Program-made: the position numbers and the translations under genes
In this document: positions 49,935 through 59,150 of the stretch, one piece after another
Layout: the number at the start of each line of letters is the position of its first letter
How positions within the stretch are numbered: position 1 is the first letter of the stretch
From: an uncultured Methanoregulaceae archaeon
GTDB taxonomy: Archaea > Halobacteriota > Methanomicrobia > Methanomicrobiales > Methanospirillaceae
Length of the DNA stretch: 64,000 nt
Direction of reading: 5' to 3'
Assembly: GCA_963705255.1 (NCBI GenBank)
Contig: OY970061.1
Location: forward strand, 1,056,001 to 1,120,000
Notes under the pieces: model-generated
What the model was told of the DNA's origin: nothing
The model's input: only the letters and a program-made list of their open reading frames with translations
Database searches by the model: none

Positions 49935-51344
49935 TCACGCACGACTCCGCTCTTTGCCGTATAATATTGCCGGGATCTTTTCTACGATGTCCGAGGCGAT
50001 GAGCCCGCCGCCGCGTTCAGCAGCGACCGCCTCGCCGGCCCGCCCGTTGACATAAGCTGCGATGCACGCGACCTCGAACGCCGGGAGCGTGCAGAGGAGC
50101 GCCCCGCAGATACCGGCCAGCACGTCGCCCGTCCCCCCGACCGTCATCCCGGGGTCGCCGGTGCGGTTGAACCGCACCCGGTCCCCGTCCGTGATGATGT
50201 CGATGTGCCCCTTGAGGAGGATGGTTCCGCGGATGCCCGAGTTTTTCGCGGCACGGGCCCGGCCGGGGGTATCGTCCGGAAGCCGGGTCCCGGTGATCCG
50301 CTGGAACTCGCCGGCATGCGGGGTGTAGATGGTCTCGCCCTGCGCAACCGGCAGCGGGAGCCTGAGGGCGTCGGCATCGAAGATCGCCTTCTTGCAGCTG
50401 GGCGCAAGCACCTGAACCACCGCGTGGCTTTCCGTGCCGAGGCCATTTCCGAGTACGACGACATCGGCCCGGCGTGCAAGGGCGGCCAGCTGCTCTATAT
50501 GCTCGTTGCCTACCTTTTTTCCCTCGAGCCGTTCGTAGATGAGGTCCGGCACCGGTTCGAAGACCGGGGACGCGATCCGGACGATGTCGGCACCGGCCCG
50601 GAGTGCGCCGAGCCCCGCAAGGTAGGGCGCTCCCTGGTATGGGCCGCCACCGATGATCAGCACTTCCCCGCCTGCCCCCTTGTGCGCTTTCTGCTGCCGT
50701 TTCGGCACGAGCGTGAGGTCCCCGGGCCCGGTGCAGCACTCTGCCTCGACCGGGATGCCGATATCGACAACCTTCGACCCCTCAACCTTCGCGCGGTGGA
50801 AGGCACAGATCAGGTCGGCACGCATACCCGGCGTCGGGACATCCGCGGCAATAATCCGGGCTGCCGAGGCGTTTGCCATGGCGATGCAGGTCGCAAGCGG
50901 CTCCTGCATCGTACCAGAACTGCCGGTCCCGAGTAGGGCGTCGACAATGACATCGGCTCTGTCAAACAGGGGCTGCAGGGCAAGGAGATCATCCCGGCAT
51001 CCGAATGGATGGAGCGGGACCCGGCAATGTGAAAGTGCTGCCAGCTGGTGGGCGCAGGCGCTGCTCTTCTGCCCAAGATCGAGGTAACAGACGTCTGTAT
51101 CCGCCGCGAGCTGGAGGTGGCGTGCCGCCACCATCCCGTCGCCGCCGTTGTTCCCTCTCCCGCAGAGGACGAGCACCCGTTCGGGGCCGGAGGCAGGTAC
51201 CGATTCCGCGAGAGCCCGGCCGGCGCTCTCCATCATCTGGAGGGAGATCACACCGAGCGCTATGGCATTCGCATCGACAGCACGCATCCGGGCCGGGGTG
51301 ATGACACCGGTCTCCAGAAACCCATCCACTTGTTCAGGCCGCAT
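49935..51344 (-). CDS. nnr: Bifunctional NAD(P)H-hydrate epimerase/dehydratase
   Basis: MMESAG, GNNGGDG, DALLGTG, HKG..G, DADAL, TPHAGEF and GGTGDVLAG. Confidence 0.93.
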   Translation of the reverse strand: MRPEQVDGFLETGVITPARMRAVDANAIALGVISLQMMESAGRALAESVPASGPERVLVLCGRGNNGGDGMVAARHLQLAADTDVCYLDLGQKSSACAHQLAALSHCRVPLHPFGCRDDLLALQPLFDRADVIVDALLGTGSSGTMQEPLATCIAMANASAARIIAADVPTPGMRADLICAFHRAKVEGSKVVDIGIPVEAECCTGPGDLTLVPKRQQKAHKGAGGEVLIIGGGPYQGAPYLAGLGALRAGADIVRIASPVFEPVPDLIYERLEGKKVGNEHIEQLAALARRADVVVLGNGLGTESHAVVQVLAPSCKKAIFDADALRLPLPVAQGETIYTPHAGEFQRITGTRLPDDTPGRARAAKNSGIRGTILLKGHIDIITDGDRVRFNRTGDPGMTVGGTGDVLAGICGALLCTLPAFEVACIAAYVNGRAGEAVAAERGGGLIASDIVEKIPAILYGKERSRA

Positions 51345-51386
51345 ACCCAGTACAATTCATGTGTATGAACTCCTCAATAATATACA

Positions 51387-52787
51387 ATGGGTTTTTGCGA
51401 TGATGTCAAGGCAGCCGCAGAACAGATCGCGGCCGCACCGGAAATAACCATCATCTCCCACATCGATGCGGACGGCATTGCCTGCGAGGCGATCCTGTCG
51501 CAGGCCGTCTCGCGGCAGGAGATCCGTGTCAGGTCCGTTTTTGTCCGGCAGCTGGAGCCCCTCACCATGCCGCAGGTCCCGTCCGACTTCTCGCTCAAGG
51601 TCTTCTCTGACCTCGGGGCAGGGCAGCAGAACCTGCTGGAGGAACGGGGGCTCTCCGAGCGGGAGGTAGTGATCGTAGACCACCACGTCAGCCAGCCCTG
51701 CGAACGGCGGTACACGCAGGTCAACTGCCTGCCGTACGGCCACTCCCGCATGAGTGCCGCCGGGGTGAGTTACCTCATCGCAAAGGAGCTGGACCCGGCC
51801 AATATCGACCTTGCGAAGCTTGCGGTCGTCGGGAACGTCGGTGACATGATGGCACGGGAGAAGTGCGGCCTTGTAGGGCCTGCCCGCGACATCATTGTCG
51901 AGGACGGCGTGCGGCACCGCTCGGTCGAGGTGCGGAAGAAGGACCTCAACTGCTATGGCACGGCAACCCGTCCAATCCATCTCTCCCTCGCGTACAACGA
52001 CGACCCGTTCATCAAAGGGATCAGCAACAACCCTGATGGCGCCCGCCAGTTCCTGAGAAGGCTCGGCATCCGGCAGCAGACCACTGACGGGCGCTGGCTG
52101 GTCTGGGAGGAGATCCCGGTGGACGACAAGCGGACGATCATCTCGGCGCTTGCCGAGCAGCTCATGGCAAACGGCGAGAAAGTCGACCGCCTCCTTGCCG
52201 AGACCTACGGGTTCCCGGACGAGCTCCCCCGCACCCCGCTGCGGAACGCCCAGGAGTACGCTACCATGCTCAATGCCTGCGGGCGGTGGTCGAGACCGCA
52301 GGTCGGGGGCGCCATCCTCCGGGGGGACCGGGGGGCGGCCTACCGGGACGCGGAGCACATGCTCACCAACCACCGGGCGATCATCCGGGACCTGCTCCAG
52401 TTCATCATCGATACCGGGGTGAAGGAACTCGAGAACCTGCAATGGCTCCATGTCGGCGGGAAGTACCCGGACACCATCGTCGGGATCGGGGCCGGGATGG
52501 CCCTCTCGAAACTGAACAGCAGGAAGCCCATCCTGATCATGTGCGAGGTCCCGGAGGACAGGAACCTCACCAAGGTCTCGATGCGCACCACGGAACGGGT
52601 CGTGGAGAGGGGCATCGACCTCCAGCTGGCCCTCAGCGCTGCCTCTGCCGAGTACGGCGGGGGCGGGGGAGGCCATAAGATCGCGGCCGGGGCATACATC
52701 CCGAAGCCCGCGGAGAAGGAGTTTGTTGAACGTGTCAACCGGATACTCGGAGAACAGTTCGCTGCGGCGTGTCCAGGCGATCGCTGA
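51387..52787 (+). CDS. DHH/DHHA1 phosphoesterase (archaeal RecJ-like nuclease)
   Basis: HIDADG, DLG, DHH, GD, LNACGR and GGGHKIAAG. Confidence 0.9.
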   Translation: MGFCDDVKAAAEQIAAAPEITIISHIDADGIACEAILSQAVSRQEIRVRSVFVRQLEPLTMPQVPSDFSLKVFSDLGAGQQNLLEERGLSEREVVIVDHHVSQPCERRYTQVNCLPYGHSRMSAAGVSYLIAKELDPANIDLAKLAVVGNVGDMMAREKCGLVGPARDIIVEDGVRHRSVEVRKKDLNCYGTATRPIHLSLAYNDDPFIKGISNNPDGARQFLRRLGIRQQTTDGRWLVWEEIPVDDKRTIISALAEQLMANGEKVDRLLAETYGFPDELPRTPLRNAQEYATMLNACGRWSRPQVGGAILRGDRGAAYRDAEHMLTNHRAIIRDLLQFIIDTGVKELENLQWLHVGGKYPDTIVGIGAGMALSKLNSRKPILIMCEVPEDRNLTKVSMRTTERVVERGIDLQLALSAASAEYGGGGGGHKIAAGAYIPKPAEKEFVERVNRILGEQFAAACPGDR

Positions 52788-53286
52788 CTTCCAGTTCGGC
52801 GGGCTCGTGGGGACGGGGCTCTTCCCGGAAGGGTGCACCTTCCTCTTCTCCACGACCGGTCGGGTCCGTCAGGTGTTGTATGAAGGGACGCGTCTCGCGA
52901 CCGTCCGGGCATCCGACGGGAGGCTGACGCTTGGTATCGAAGGGGCAAAACGCCTCCAGGCCCTCCTTCCCGCACCCGGCTACCGGGTCGTCATCCGCGA
53001 TGACGTGGCTGAGTTCGTGGCAAAGGGGAAGAACGCGTTTGCCAAGCACGTTGTGGCAGCGGATCCCGCCATCCGCGCGGGAGACGACGTGCTCGTTGTC
53101 GCGGGCGGGGACCGGCTTTTGGCCTGCGGTGCGGCCGTCGTTTCGGGTTCGGAGATGCTTGCATTTAATTACGGAGTAGCGGTAAGAGTACGGCAGGGGA
53201 GTGAGAAAGATGCTTCCGGGAAATATCAACCCGCGCCAGATGAAGGCGATGATGAAGAAGCTCGGCATGAATGTCGAGCAGATTGA
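52732..53286 (+). CDS. PUA-domain protein (archaeosine synthase/TGT C-terminal-like)
   Basis: IADFQFG, TGRVRQV, GKNAFAKHV, IRAGDDVLVV and GVAVRVR; boundaries uncertain. Confidence 0.8.
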   Translation: MSTGYSENSSLRRVQAIADFQFGGLVGTGLFPEGCTFLFSTTGRVRQVLYEGTRLATVRASDGRLTLGIEGAKRLQALLPAPGYRVVIRDDVAEFVAKGKNAFAKHVVAADPAIRAGDDVLVVAGGDRLLACGAAVVSGSEMLAFNYGVAVRVRQGSEKDASGKYQPAPDEGDDEEARHECRAD

Positions 53287-53551
53287 AGACGTGCAGAGTA
53301 TCGTAATCAAAACCCCGAAAGGGAATTACATTTTTGACTCCGCGGAAGTCTCCGCGATGACCATGCAGGGCCAGACCACCTACCAGATCACCGGCCAGCC
53401 CCGGTTCGAAGAGGCCGCACCCGAGATACCAGCCGAGGATGTCCGCATGGTCGCGGCGCAGGCGAACGTATCCGAAGAGAAAGCAAAAGAAGCGCTTGTC
53501 GCAACGAAAGGCGATATTGCCGAAGCCATCATGCGCCTGTCACAGTCATGA
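53210..53551 (+). CDS. nac: Nascent polypeptide-associated complex protein
   Basis: NPRQMKAMMKKLG, QGQTTYQI and GDIAEAIMRL. Confidence 0.95.
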   Translation: MLPGNINPRQMKAMMKKLGMNVEQIEDVQSIVIKTPKGNYIFDSAEVSAMTMQGQTTYQITGQPRFEEAAPEIPAEDVRMVAAQANVSEEKAKEALVATKGDIAEAIMRLSQS

Positions 53552-54273
53552 TCGTGAGCGGCGACCGTGTGCTTCTCGTGGGAGAGGGCAGGGAATTTTT
53601 TGTGAAGGCCGGGCCTGGCACCCTCTCGACCGACAAGGGCCAGCTCGACCTCGCCCCGCTCGTCGGGGCTTCGGCAGGGGACGTCCTGACCACCCATAAC
53701 GGGTCGAAGTTCACCGTGCGTATCCCCCGTCCAACCGACTTTTTCTCCTACGGCAAACGCTCGGGCGCACCGATGCTGCCCAAGGACATCGGGCTTGTCA
53801 TCGCCTATACCGGGATGAACAACCGGGACGAGGTGCTCGATGCTGGCACCGGCAGCGGGATTGCAGCCATCTACTTCGGCGGCGTAGCCAAGAGCGTGAA
53901 GACTTACGAGGTCCGCCCGGAGTTCTCGGCGCTGGCACAGAAAAATATCGCCGACGCAAAACTCGGGAATGTCGAGGCGATAGCCGCCGACTTCCTCGCG
54001 GCGGAAGGGTTCTATGACGTGGTCCATCTCGATATGCAGATCCTGCCGGAGCACGTGACCCATGCCCATGCCCTGCTCCGGTCCGGTGGATACCTTGCCT
54101 GCTATACGCCGTTCCTTGAGCAGATGGCAATTGTGGTCGATGCGGCGACCGGGCTCTTTTGCGAAGTCCACACCCACGAGCTGATCGAGCGGGAGATGAC
54201 ACGGTCGAAGCGGGGTACGCGTCCGTCAACGAGCGTCTGCCACTCAGGGTATGTGACGATAGCGAGGAAATGA
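53548..54273 (+). CDS. trmI: tRNA (adenine-N1)-methyltransferase (m1A57/58)
   Basis: PKDIG, VLDAGTGSG, YE.RPEF, LD, YTP..EQ and HSGY. Confidence 0.9.
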   Translation: MIVSGDRVLLVGEGREFFVKAGPGTLSTDKGQLDLAPLVGASAGDVLTTHNGSKFTVRIPRPTDFFSYGKRSGAPMLPKDIGLVIAYTGMNNRDEVLDAGTGSGIAAIYFGGVAKSVKTYEVRPEFSALAQKNIADAKLGNVEAIAADFLAAEGFYDVVHLDMQILPEHVTHAHALLRSGGYLACYTPFLEQMAIVVDAATGLFCEVHTHELIEREMTRSKRGTRPSTSVCHSGYVTIARK

Positions 54274-54375
54274 CCGACAGGAATATTGCTGAAGGGAAGA
54301 TAGAATCAGTTCGGGTTTCTTACAAAAATCGTATTATTCAGATATCACGGGAATTAGTCTCTCGTTTACCATTGC

Positions 54376-54610
54376 GATGAACGCCGCCGCAGTCCAAGAT
54401 TTTCTGGCGAAAATCTTCTCCACAGCCTTTGGCTGTCCCCAACGGGGAGCCAGCCGTGACCAGATGGTCAGGGCTGGCTGAAGAAAATTCTATTAAGAAT
54501 TTTCGACTCGCCCCCGCGGCGGTTCAACTTTCTTGCCCCGCCGTGCCTCGAAGGTCTTTGAGACCTTCTCGACCTCCTTCATCGGTCCCCGGAGAGGCCC
54601 TGAGGCGGGG
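54376..54610 (+). repeat. Dispersed palindromic repeat, copy C, expanded with 6 extra hairpins
   Basis: Same terminal blocks as 43779-43881, with inserted stems. Confidence 0.8.
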
Positions 54611-54913
54611 AGCTCTCGTAACTGAATGATTTTCATGGTTCTTGCGTGAATTCGTATTTATGTTTGTTTTTACCGTGAACCTTTGAAGCAGCGCAGACAA
54701 TATCATATTCCCCTGTGCACACCGGTCGTAAATATGGTACCGGCAGATCACCGCCAGCGTGGATCGACGGAAGCCCTTTTATAGACAATATCCTGAGAAT
54801 CTACCGGATTGCGGCATCTCTCCGGAAACCAATGCATGCCCTCCCAGAGCACGAGCCATGGGCGGAACCAGTGAAATTAAGATACTGGCCCGGTGAAAGT
54901 ATTATGAAGGACT

Positions 54914-56563
54914 ATGAGAAGCGACGAGATAAAGAAGGGGAACCAGCGGGCCCCCAACCGTGCGCTGTTGCGGTCGCTGGGGGTCACCGACCGCGAGATG
55001 GACCTGCCGTTCATCGGGATCGCGAACGCCTGGAGCGACATCGTCCCCGGCCACGTTCACCTGCGCACGCTGGCGCAGAAAGTGCGGGAAGGCGTCGCCG
55101 CTGCCGGCGGGGTCCCGTTCGAATTCGGCGTCATCGGGATCTGCGACGGGATCGCGATGGGCCACGATGGGATGCGGAACGCGCTCCCGTCCCGGGAAAA
55201 TATTGCTGATTCCATCGAACTGATGGCGCAGGCGCACTGCTTCGACGGTTTGGCCTGTGTCGGCACCTGCGACAAGATCATTCCCGGGATGCTCATGGCG
55301 GCTGCACGCCTCAACATCCCAACGATCGTCGTGACCGGCGGGCCGATGCTCTCCGGCCACCTCGGCGGCAAAGATCTCTCGCTCATCGATATCTTTGAAG
55401 GTGTGGGAAAACAGGCGGCGGGAAAGATGACCGAACCGGAGCTCTGCGAGCTGGAATGTGCGGCAATGCCCGGCTGCGGGTCCTGCCAGGGGCTCTATAC
55501 GGCAAACACGATGGCGTGCATGACCGAAGCACTGGGGATGTCCCTTCCTGGTTGCGCAGCGATCCCGGCAGTCGATGCAGCAAAGCTCCGTCTTGCACGC
55601 GAGAGCGGGGAGCGGATTGTGCCGCTGGTCAAAACCCAGACCCTGCCGCGCCGGATTCTTACGGCCCAGAGTTTTTCCAATGCCATCAAAGTCGATATGG
55701 CGCTCGGCGGGTCGACGAACACGGTCCTTCACCTCATGGCGGTCGCGCAGGAAGCGGGAGTCCCGATCACGCTCGATACGTTCCGCGACATCGCCCGCAC
55801 CACCCCGCATATCTGCAACATGCAGCCCGGTGGCCCGTACTCCATGGAAGCCCTGTACCACGCCGGGGGCGTCCCGGCGGTCATGAACCGGCTGGCAGCA
55901 TCCCTTGACGACGTGATGACCGTTTCAGGAAAAACAGTCAAAACCATAGCCCTTGAACACCCGGTAAGAGATGAGCGGGTAATTGCCCCCTTAAACACAC
56001 CGGTCCATGCAGCCGGCGGCCTGAAGATCCTGAGGGGCTCGCTTGCCCCGGACGGGGCGGTGATCAAGTGCGGGGCGGTCGACGAGAAGATGTGGAAGCA
56101 CGAGGGGCCCGCCCGCGTCTTCAACGGCGAGAAGGACGCGATGGACGCGATCCTGAAGCGGCGCATAAAGGAAGGCGATGTCGTTGTCATCCGTTACGAA
56201 GGCCCGAAGGGAGCGCCCGGCATGCCGGAGATGCTCTCTCCCACCTCGGCGCTGATGGGGCAGGGCTATGCCCGCGTGGCCCTCGTGACCGACGGGAGGT
56301 TCTCAGGGGGCACGCGGGGTCCGTGTGTCGGGCACGTGGCACCGGAGGCGGCGGCAGGAGGCCCTCTCGGCCTCGTGAAGGAAGGGGACCGGATCCTGAT
56401 CGACCTCTACGAAGACCGTATCGACCTGCTCGTCACGCCGGAAGAGATGGAAAAGCGGAAGAAAACGCATTCCACACCGAAGAAGAACCTGACAGGTGTC
56501 CTTGCCCGCTACGCGTCGCTCGTCGGGCAGGCTGACACGGGAGCGGTGCTGAGGAACGGGTAA
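54914..56563 (+). CDS. ilvD: Dihydroxy-acid dehydratase
   Basis: [49 protein letters not shown] and TDGRFSGG. Confidence 0.97.
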   Translation: MRSDEIKKGNQRAPNRALLRSLGVTDREMDLPFIGIANAWSDIVPGHVHLRTLAQKVREGVAAAGGVPFEFGVIGICDGIAMGHDGMRNALPSRENIADSIELMAQAHCFDGLACVGTCDKIIPGMLMAAARLNIPTIVVTGGPMLSGHLGGKDLSLIDIFEGVGKQAAGKMTEPELCELECAAMPGCGSCQGLYTANTMACMTEALGMSLPGCAAIPAVDAAKLRLARESGERIVPLVKTQTLPRRILTAQSFSNAIKVDMALGGSTNTVLHLMAVAQEAGVPITLDTFRDIARTTPHICNMQPGGPYSMEALYHAGGVPAVMNRLAASLDDVMTVSGKTVKTIALEHPVRDERVIAPLNTPVHAAGGLKILRGSLAPDGAVIKCGAVDEKMWKHEGPARVFNGEKDAMDAILKRRIKEGDVVVIRYEGPKGAPGMPEMLSPTSALMGQGYARVALVTDGRFSGGTRGPCVGHVAPEAAAGGPLGLVKEGDRILIDLYEDRIDLLVTPEEMEKRKKTHSTPKKNLTGVLARYASLVGQADTGAVLRNG

Positions 56564-56640
56564 CCGCTCCCTCATTTATGCTATGTTGGCTGCTGGACCG
56601 GATGCTGCTCCCATTGTTCTATCAGCCGATGAGTCGTCAC

Positions 56641-56776
56641 CGATGCGGCGACCAGGCTCTTCGCCGAAGTCCACATCCGCGAGCTGATCGAGCGGGAGAT
56701 GACCCGGTAGAAGCGGGGGACACGGCCTTCCACCTCTGTTTGTCACTCGGGGTACGTGACGATCGCAAGGAAATAG
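56641..56776 (+). pseudogene. Diverged duplicate of the trmI 3' end (54138-54273) with an in-frame TAG
   Basis: 136-bp ungapped alignment, 111/136 identical by manual count. Confidence 0.9.
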
Positions 56777-56871
56777 ATTTTTAATTAGTCTAGAGTTATG
56801 ATAAATTAAAAAATCGTTGAGAAAACATCACTGAGGCAAATATTTATCTAATTCGAGGACAGTTCTTTTTT

Positions 56872-56994
56872 ATGGCAAAGGAACGGGTTCACAATCCGAA
56901 GACCCATCAGGACATGCATATCGCAGAAAGAGATTCAAAGAATTATAACAAGGGTCAGTTCACCGGACAGTATAAAAATAAAAAGAAAGACTGA
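56872..56994 (+). CDS. Small basic 40-aa protein MAKERVHNPKTHQDMHIAERDSKNYNKGQFTGQYKNKKKD
   Basis: Manual translation; TTTATCTA box upstream at leaderless spacing. Confidence 0.5.
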   Translation: MAKERVHNPKTHQDMHIAERDSKNYNKGQFTGQYKNKKKD

Positions 56995-57078
56995 TCCCTT
57001 GATCCTTTAATTGTGATCTTTCTGGAAATCGGATTACTACTGTATTTTGCCGTTTTCCCACTGATAATTTCTATTTTT

Positions 57079-57831
57079 TTAGGTAAGAGAATAACGCTTT
57101 TTTAAATAACGACTTAGTCCATCTAAATCCGGAAACAATGTAAAATCGTTAATATTAGCCATTGTTAGAAATCGATAGGCATCTGGGATTGCAGACTTCG
57201 GAATATCAAACCGTTTGAGACATCCACGATAAAACTTATTTAGGGGTTTAATCTCGGTTCCGTGAACCGTAAACACCCCATTTTGTGCCAGTAAACGGGG
57301 ATGGCTCCTTAATGGATAGATGGCTATTGGATTTTTAAATGGCTGATATTTTTTCCTAGCCGGATCTTCTTCTATGAAGAGTGAATAATAATCAATGTCA
57401 GGTTTCGTGACGTCTAAAATTCCATCTAATTTAATTGATTTCCTATTCAACTCCCTTGGATTTAAAATCCAAATACATGGATTATCGGATTTTTTTTGTA
57501 AGGCAAAAAATAAGGCTACTGCAAAATTTTCAGTCCAATCTAACAATCTCGTCGGTAAACCATGGTGTCTCATTTCATACAAAATATCCCATGAATCCTT
57601 TGAGGAAAATTCTTTTGAATGGATCATCGCTGAATGAGAGATAAACTCTGTATACAGGTCTTTTTCAATAGTTAGACAGTTTAAAGCGTTTTCATTATGA
57701 AATAAAGTGGGAAGTAGTTGATCGTTTCGATTAGGTAATCCTCTAAAAAAGGGCCGATTACATTCCATATTGTCACATAACCGGGTAATTTCGTCAGAAA
57801 TTTTATTGAAAAAAATATCCCACTCGGTCAT
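57079..57831 (-). CDS. FRG domain protein (AT-rich)
   Basis: FFRG, L.PTLF, HHGLPTRLLDWTEN..VALFFA, R..AQ.G.F and LFPDLDG. Confidence 0.92.
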   Translation of the reverse strand: MTEWDIFFNKISDEITRLCDNMECNRPFFRGLPNRNDQLLPTLFHNENALNCLTIEKDLYTEFISHSAMIHSKEFSSKDSWDILYEMRHHGLPTRLLDWTENFAVALFFALQKKSDNPCIWILNPRELNRKSIKLDGILDVTKPDIDYYSLFIEEDPARKKYQPFKNPIAIYPLRSHPRLLAQNGVFTVHGTEIKPLNKFYRGCLKRFDIPKSAIPDAYRFLTMANINDFTLFPDLDGLSRYLKKRYSLT

Positions 57832-58022
57832 ATCATACCATTAAAAAATAATATAATTTCTTGAGGATATACATTTTTGTACTTTTATCCAAATGCCATT
57901 AATTATCTTAAATTTTACAAAGAGTAAAGGATCTATAAACATCCCACAATATTCAATACCATTAGTGAGAAACCTCACCGCGGACAAACAACCATTTAAC
58001 CCACAAATCCCGACATTGATCC

Positions 58023-58877
58023 ATGCCACCGGGCGAACACATCCACATCATCAGTGCCGGTGAGAAGATCCATATCGCGTACCCGGCCGCCATCCGCACG
58101 CTCCCCACCATCACCCGGACGTACGTCTTTGCGGACAATCTTATCTATGAAATATCACGGGATCCCGAGGTGGAAAAGGGAAGGCTGGCAGTCAGGAAAG
58201 CAGTATCAGCCGTAAAAGAGATCTCTGTATCGCTCTCCATCCCTTTTACCCTTGAACTCGTCTTCCCGCCAGCCTATCCCACAGTCCGTGACACGCTCAT
58301 GAAGATCCGACGCGGGTACCCGGACGCACGGTTTACCTTCGATCTCTCCGGCGGGTCAAAACCGCTCTGTATGGCGCTCCTGGCCTTCGCCCCATGGCTT
58401 GACGGCGGGGTCTGCGCCACATTCGATGAAAAGGCACCCCGGAGCGTCCCGCTCCCGGACCGCTCCGTCTGCACGCTGCTCACTAATCCCAATTACCAGA
58501 CCATCCTCGCCATTCTCATCCGGACCGGCGGGAAAGATGCAGGAGTTCCTCCGCAATGGGTGTCCCGGCAGTACATCTACAAGCAGCTCTGGTCGGTATA
58601 TGTCCCATCGCGTACCAAAAAGCCAAAACCATCGGATCCACCGGTGCAGCCCGTGAAATATAAGCAGGGGAGGAAGCCGGCGGCCGAGCTGACGCACGGG
58701 ACGTTCTCTGTTTTTATGCGTACCCTCCGGCAGAACGGACTTGTTCAGGAAGAAACAGCGATTGAGAGCAGGAGGTCGAAGGTGTACCGGATAACTGAAA
58801 AAGGGGAAGTTGCGTTCAGGTTCTTTTCCGATCCAGATTCCAATAGTCTTGTCCGGTCACTGCTTGAGAAAAGTTGA
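58023..58877 (+). CDS. CARF-like (DUF6293/Csa3-like) ligand-binding domain plus wHTH transcriptional regulator
   Basis: FTFDLSGGSK CARF motif; C-terminal L..NGLV....R.K.YRITEKG wHTH. Confidence 0.75.
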   Translation: MPPGEHIHIISAGEKIHIAYPAAIRTLPTITRTYVFADNLIYEISRDPEVEKGRLAVRKAVSAVKEISVSLSIPFTLELVFPPAYPTVRDTLMKIRRGYPDARFTFDLSGGSKPLCMALLAFAPWLDGGVCATFDEKAPRSVPLPDRSVCTLLTNPNYQTILAILIRTGGKDAGVPPQWVSRQYIYKQLWSVYVPSRTKKPKPSDPPVQPVKYKQGRKPAAELTHGTFSVFMRTLRQNGLVQEETAIESRRSKVYRITEKGEVAFRFFSDPDSNSLVRSLLEKS

Positions 58878-58959
58878 GATGACGGAGGGTTTCGACTCGT
58901 CCAAATGGAGGGGGAGAGGAGCAGTGTGATCCGGCAAAAATTTTTTCGGCGCGAAAAGG

Positions 58960-59021
58960 AGTGTTAGTTATGTTGACAATAGTTGTATAATTATACAACT
59001 GTTGGATGTACAACTAACACT
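58960..59021. repeat. 62-bp imperfect palindrome with a perfect 20-bp core AGTTGTATAATTATACAACT
   Basis: Core at 58981-59000; outer arms AGTGTTAGTT/AACTAACACT. Confidence 0.8.
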
Positions 59022-59150
59022 AGATTTTTTCAACCGGCGTGTAATTTGATGGAATCGAAAATTTTTCCGGAAAAATCGTGAGCCGAAATTTTCTGAAAAA
59101 TTTTTGGTCGCAACCGGGACCCGGGCCAAAATTTTTCCGGGCGACCCGGT

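Noticed and set aside
53210-53286. 77-nt PUA/nac overlap as a functional dual-coding region
   Set aside because: The tail is low-information and may result from a lost stop or an indel
56578-56784. 68-aa ORF downstream of ilvD
   Set aside because: Alternative-frame reading of the trmI 3' duplicate
58981-59000. Xer/dif site
   Set aside because: dif arms are separated by a 6-bp spacer, whereas this palindrome has none
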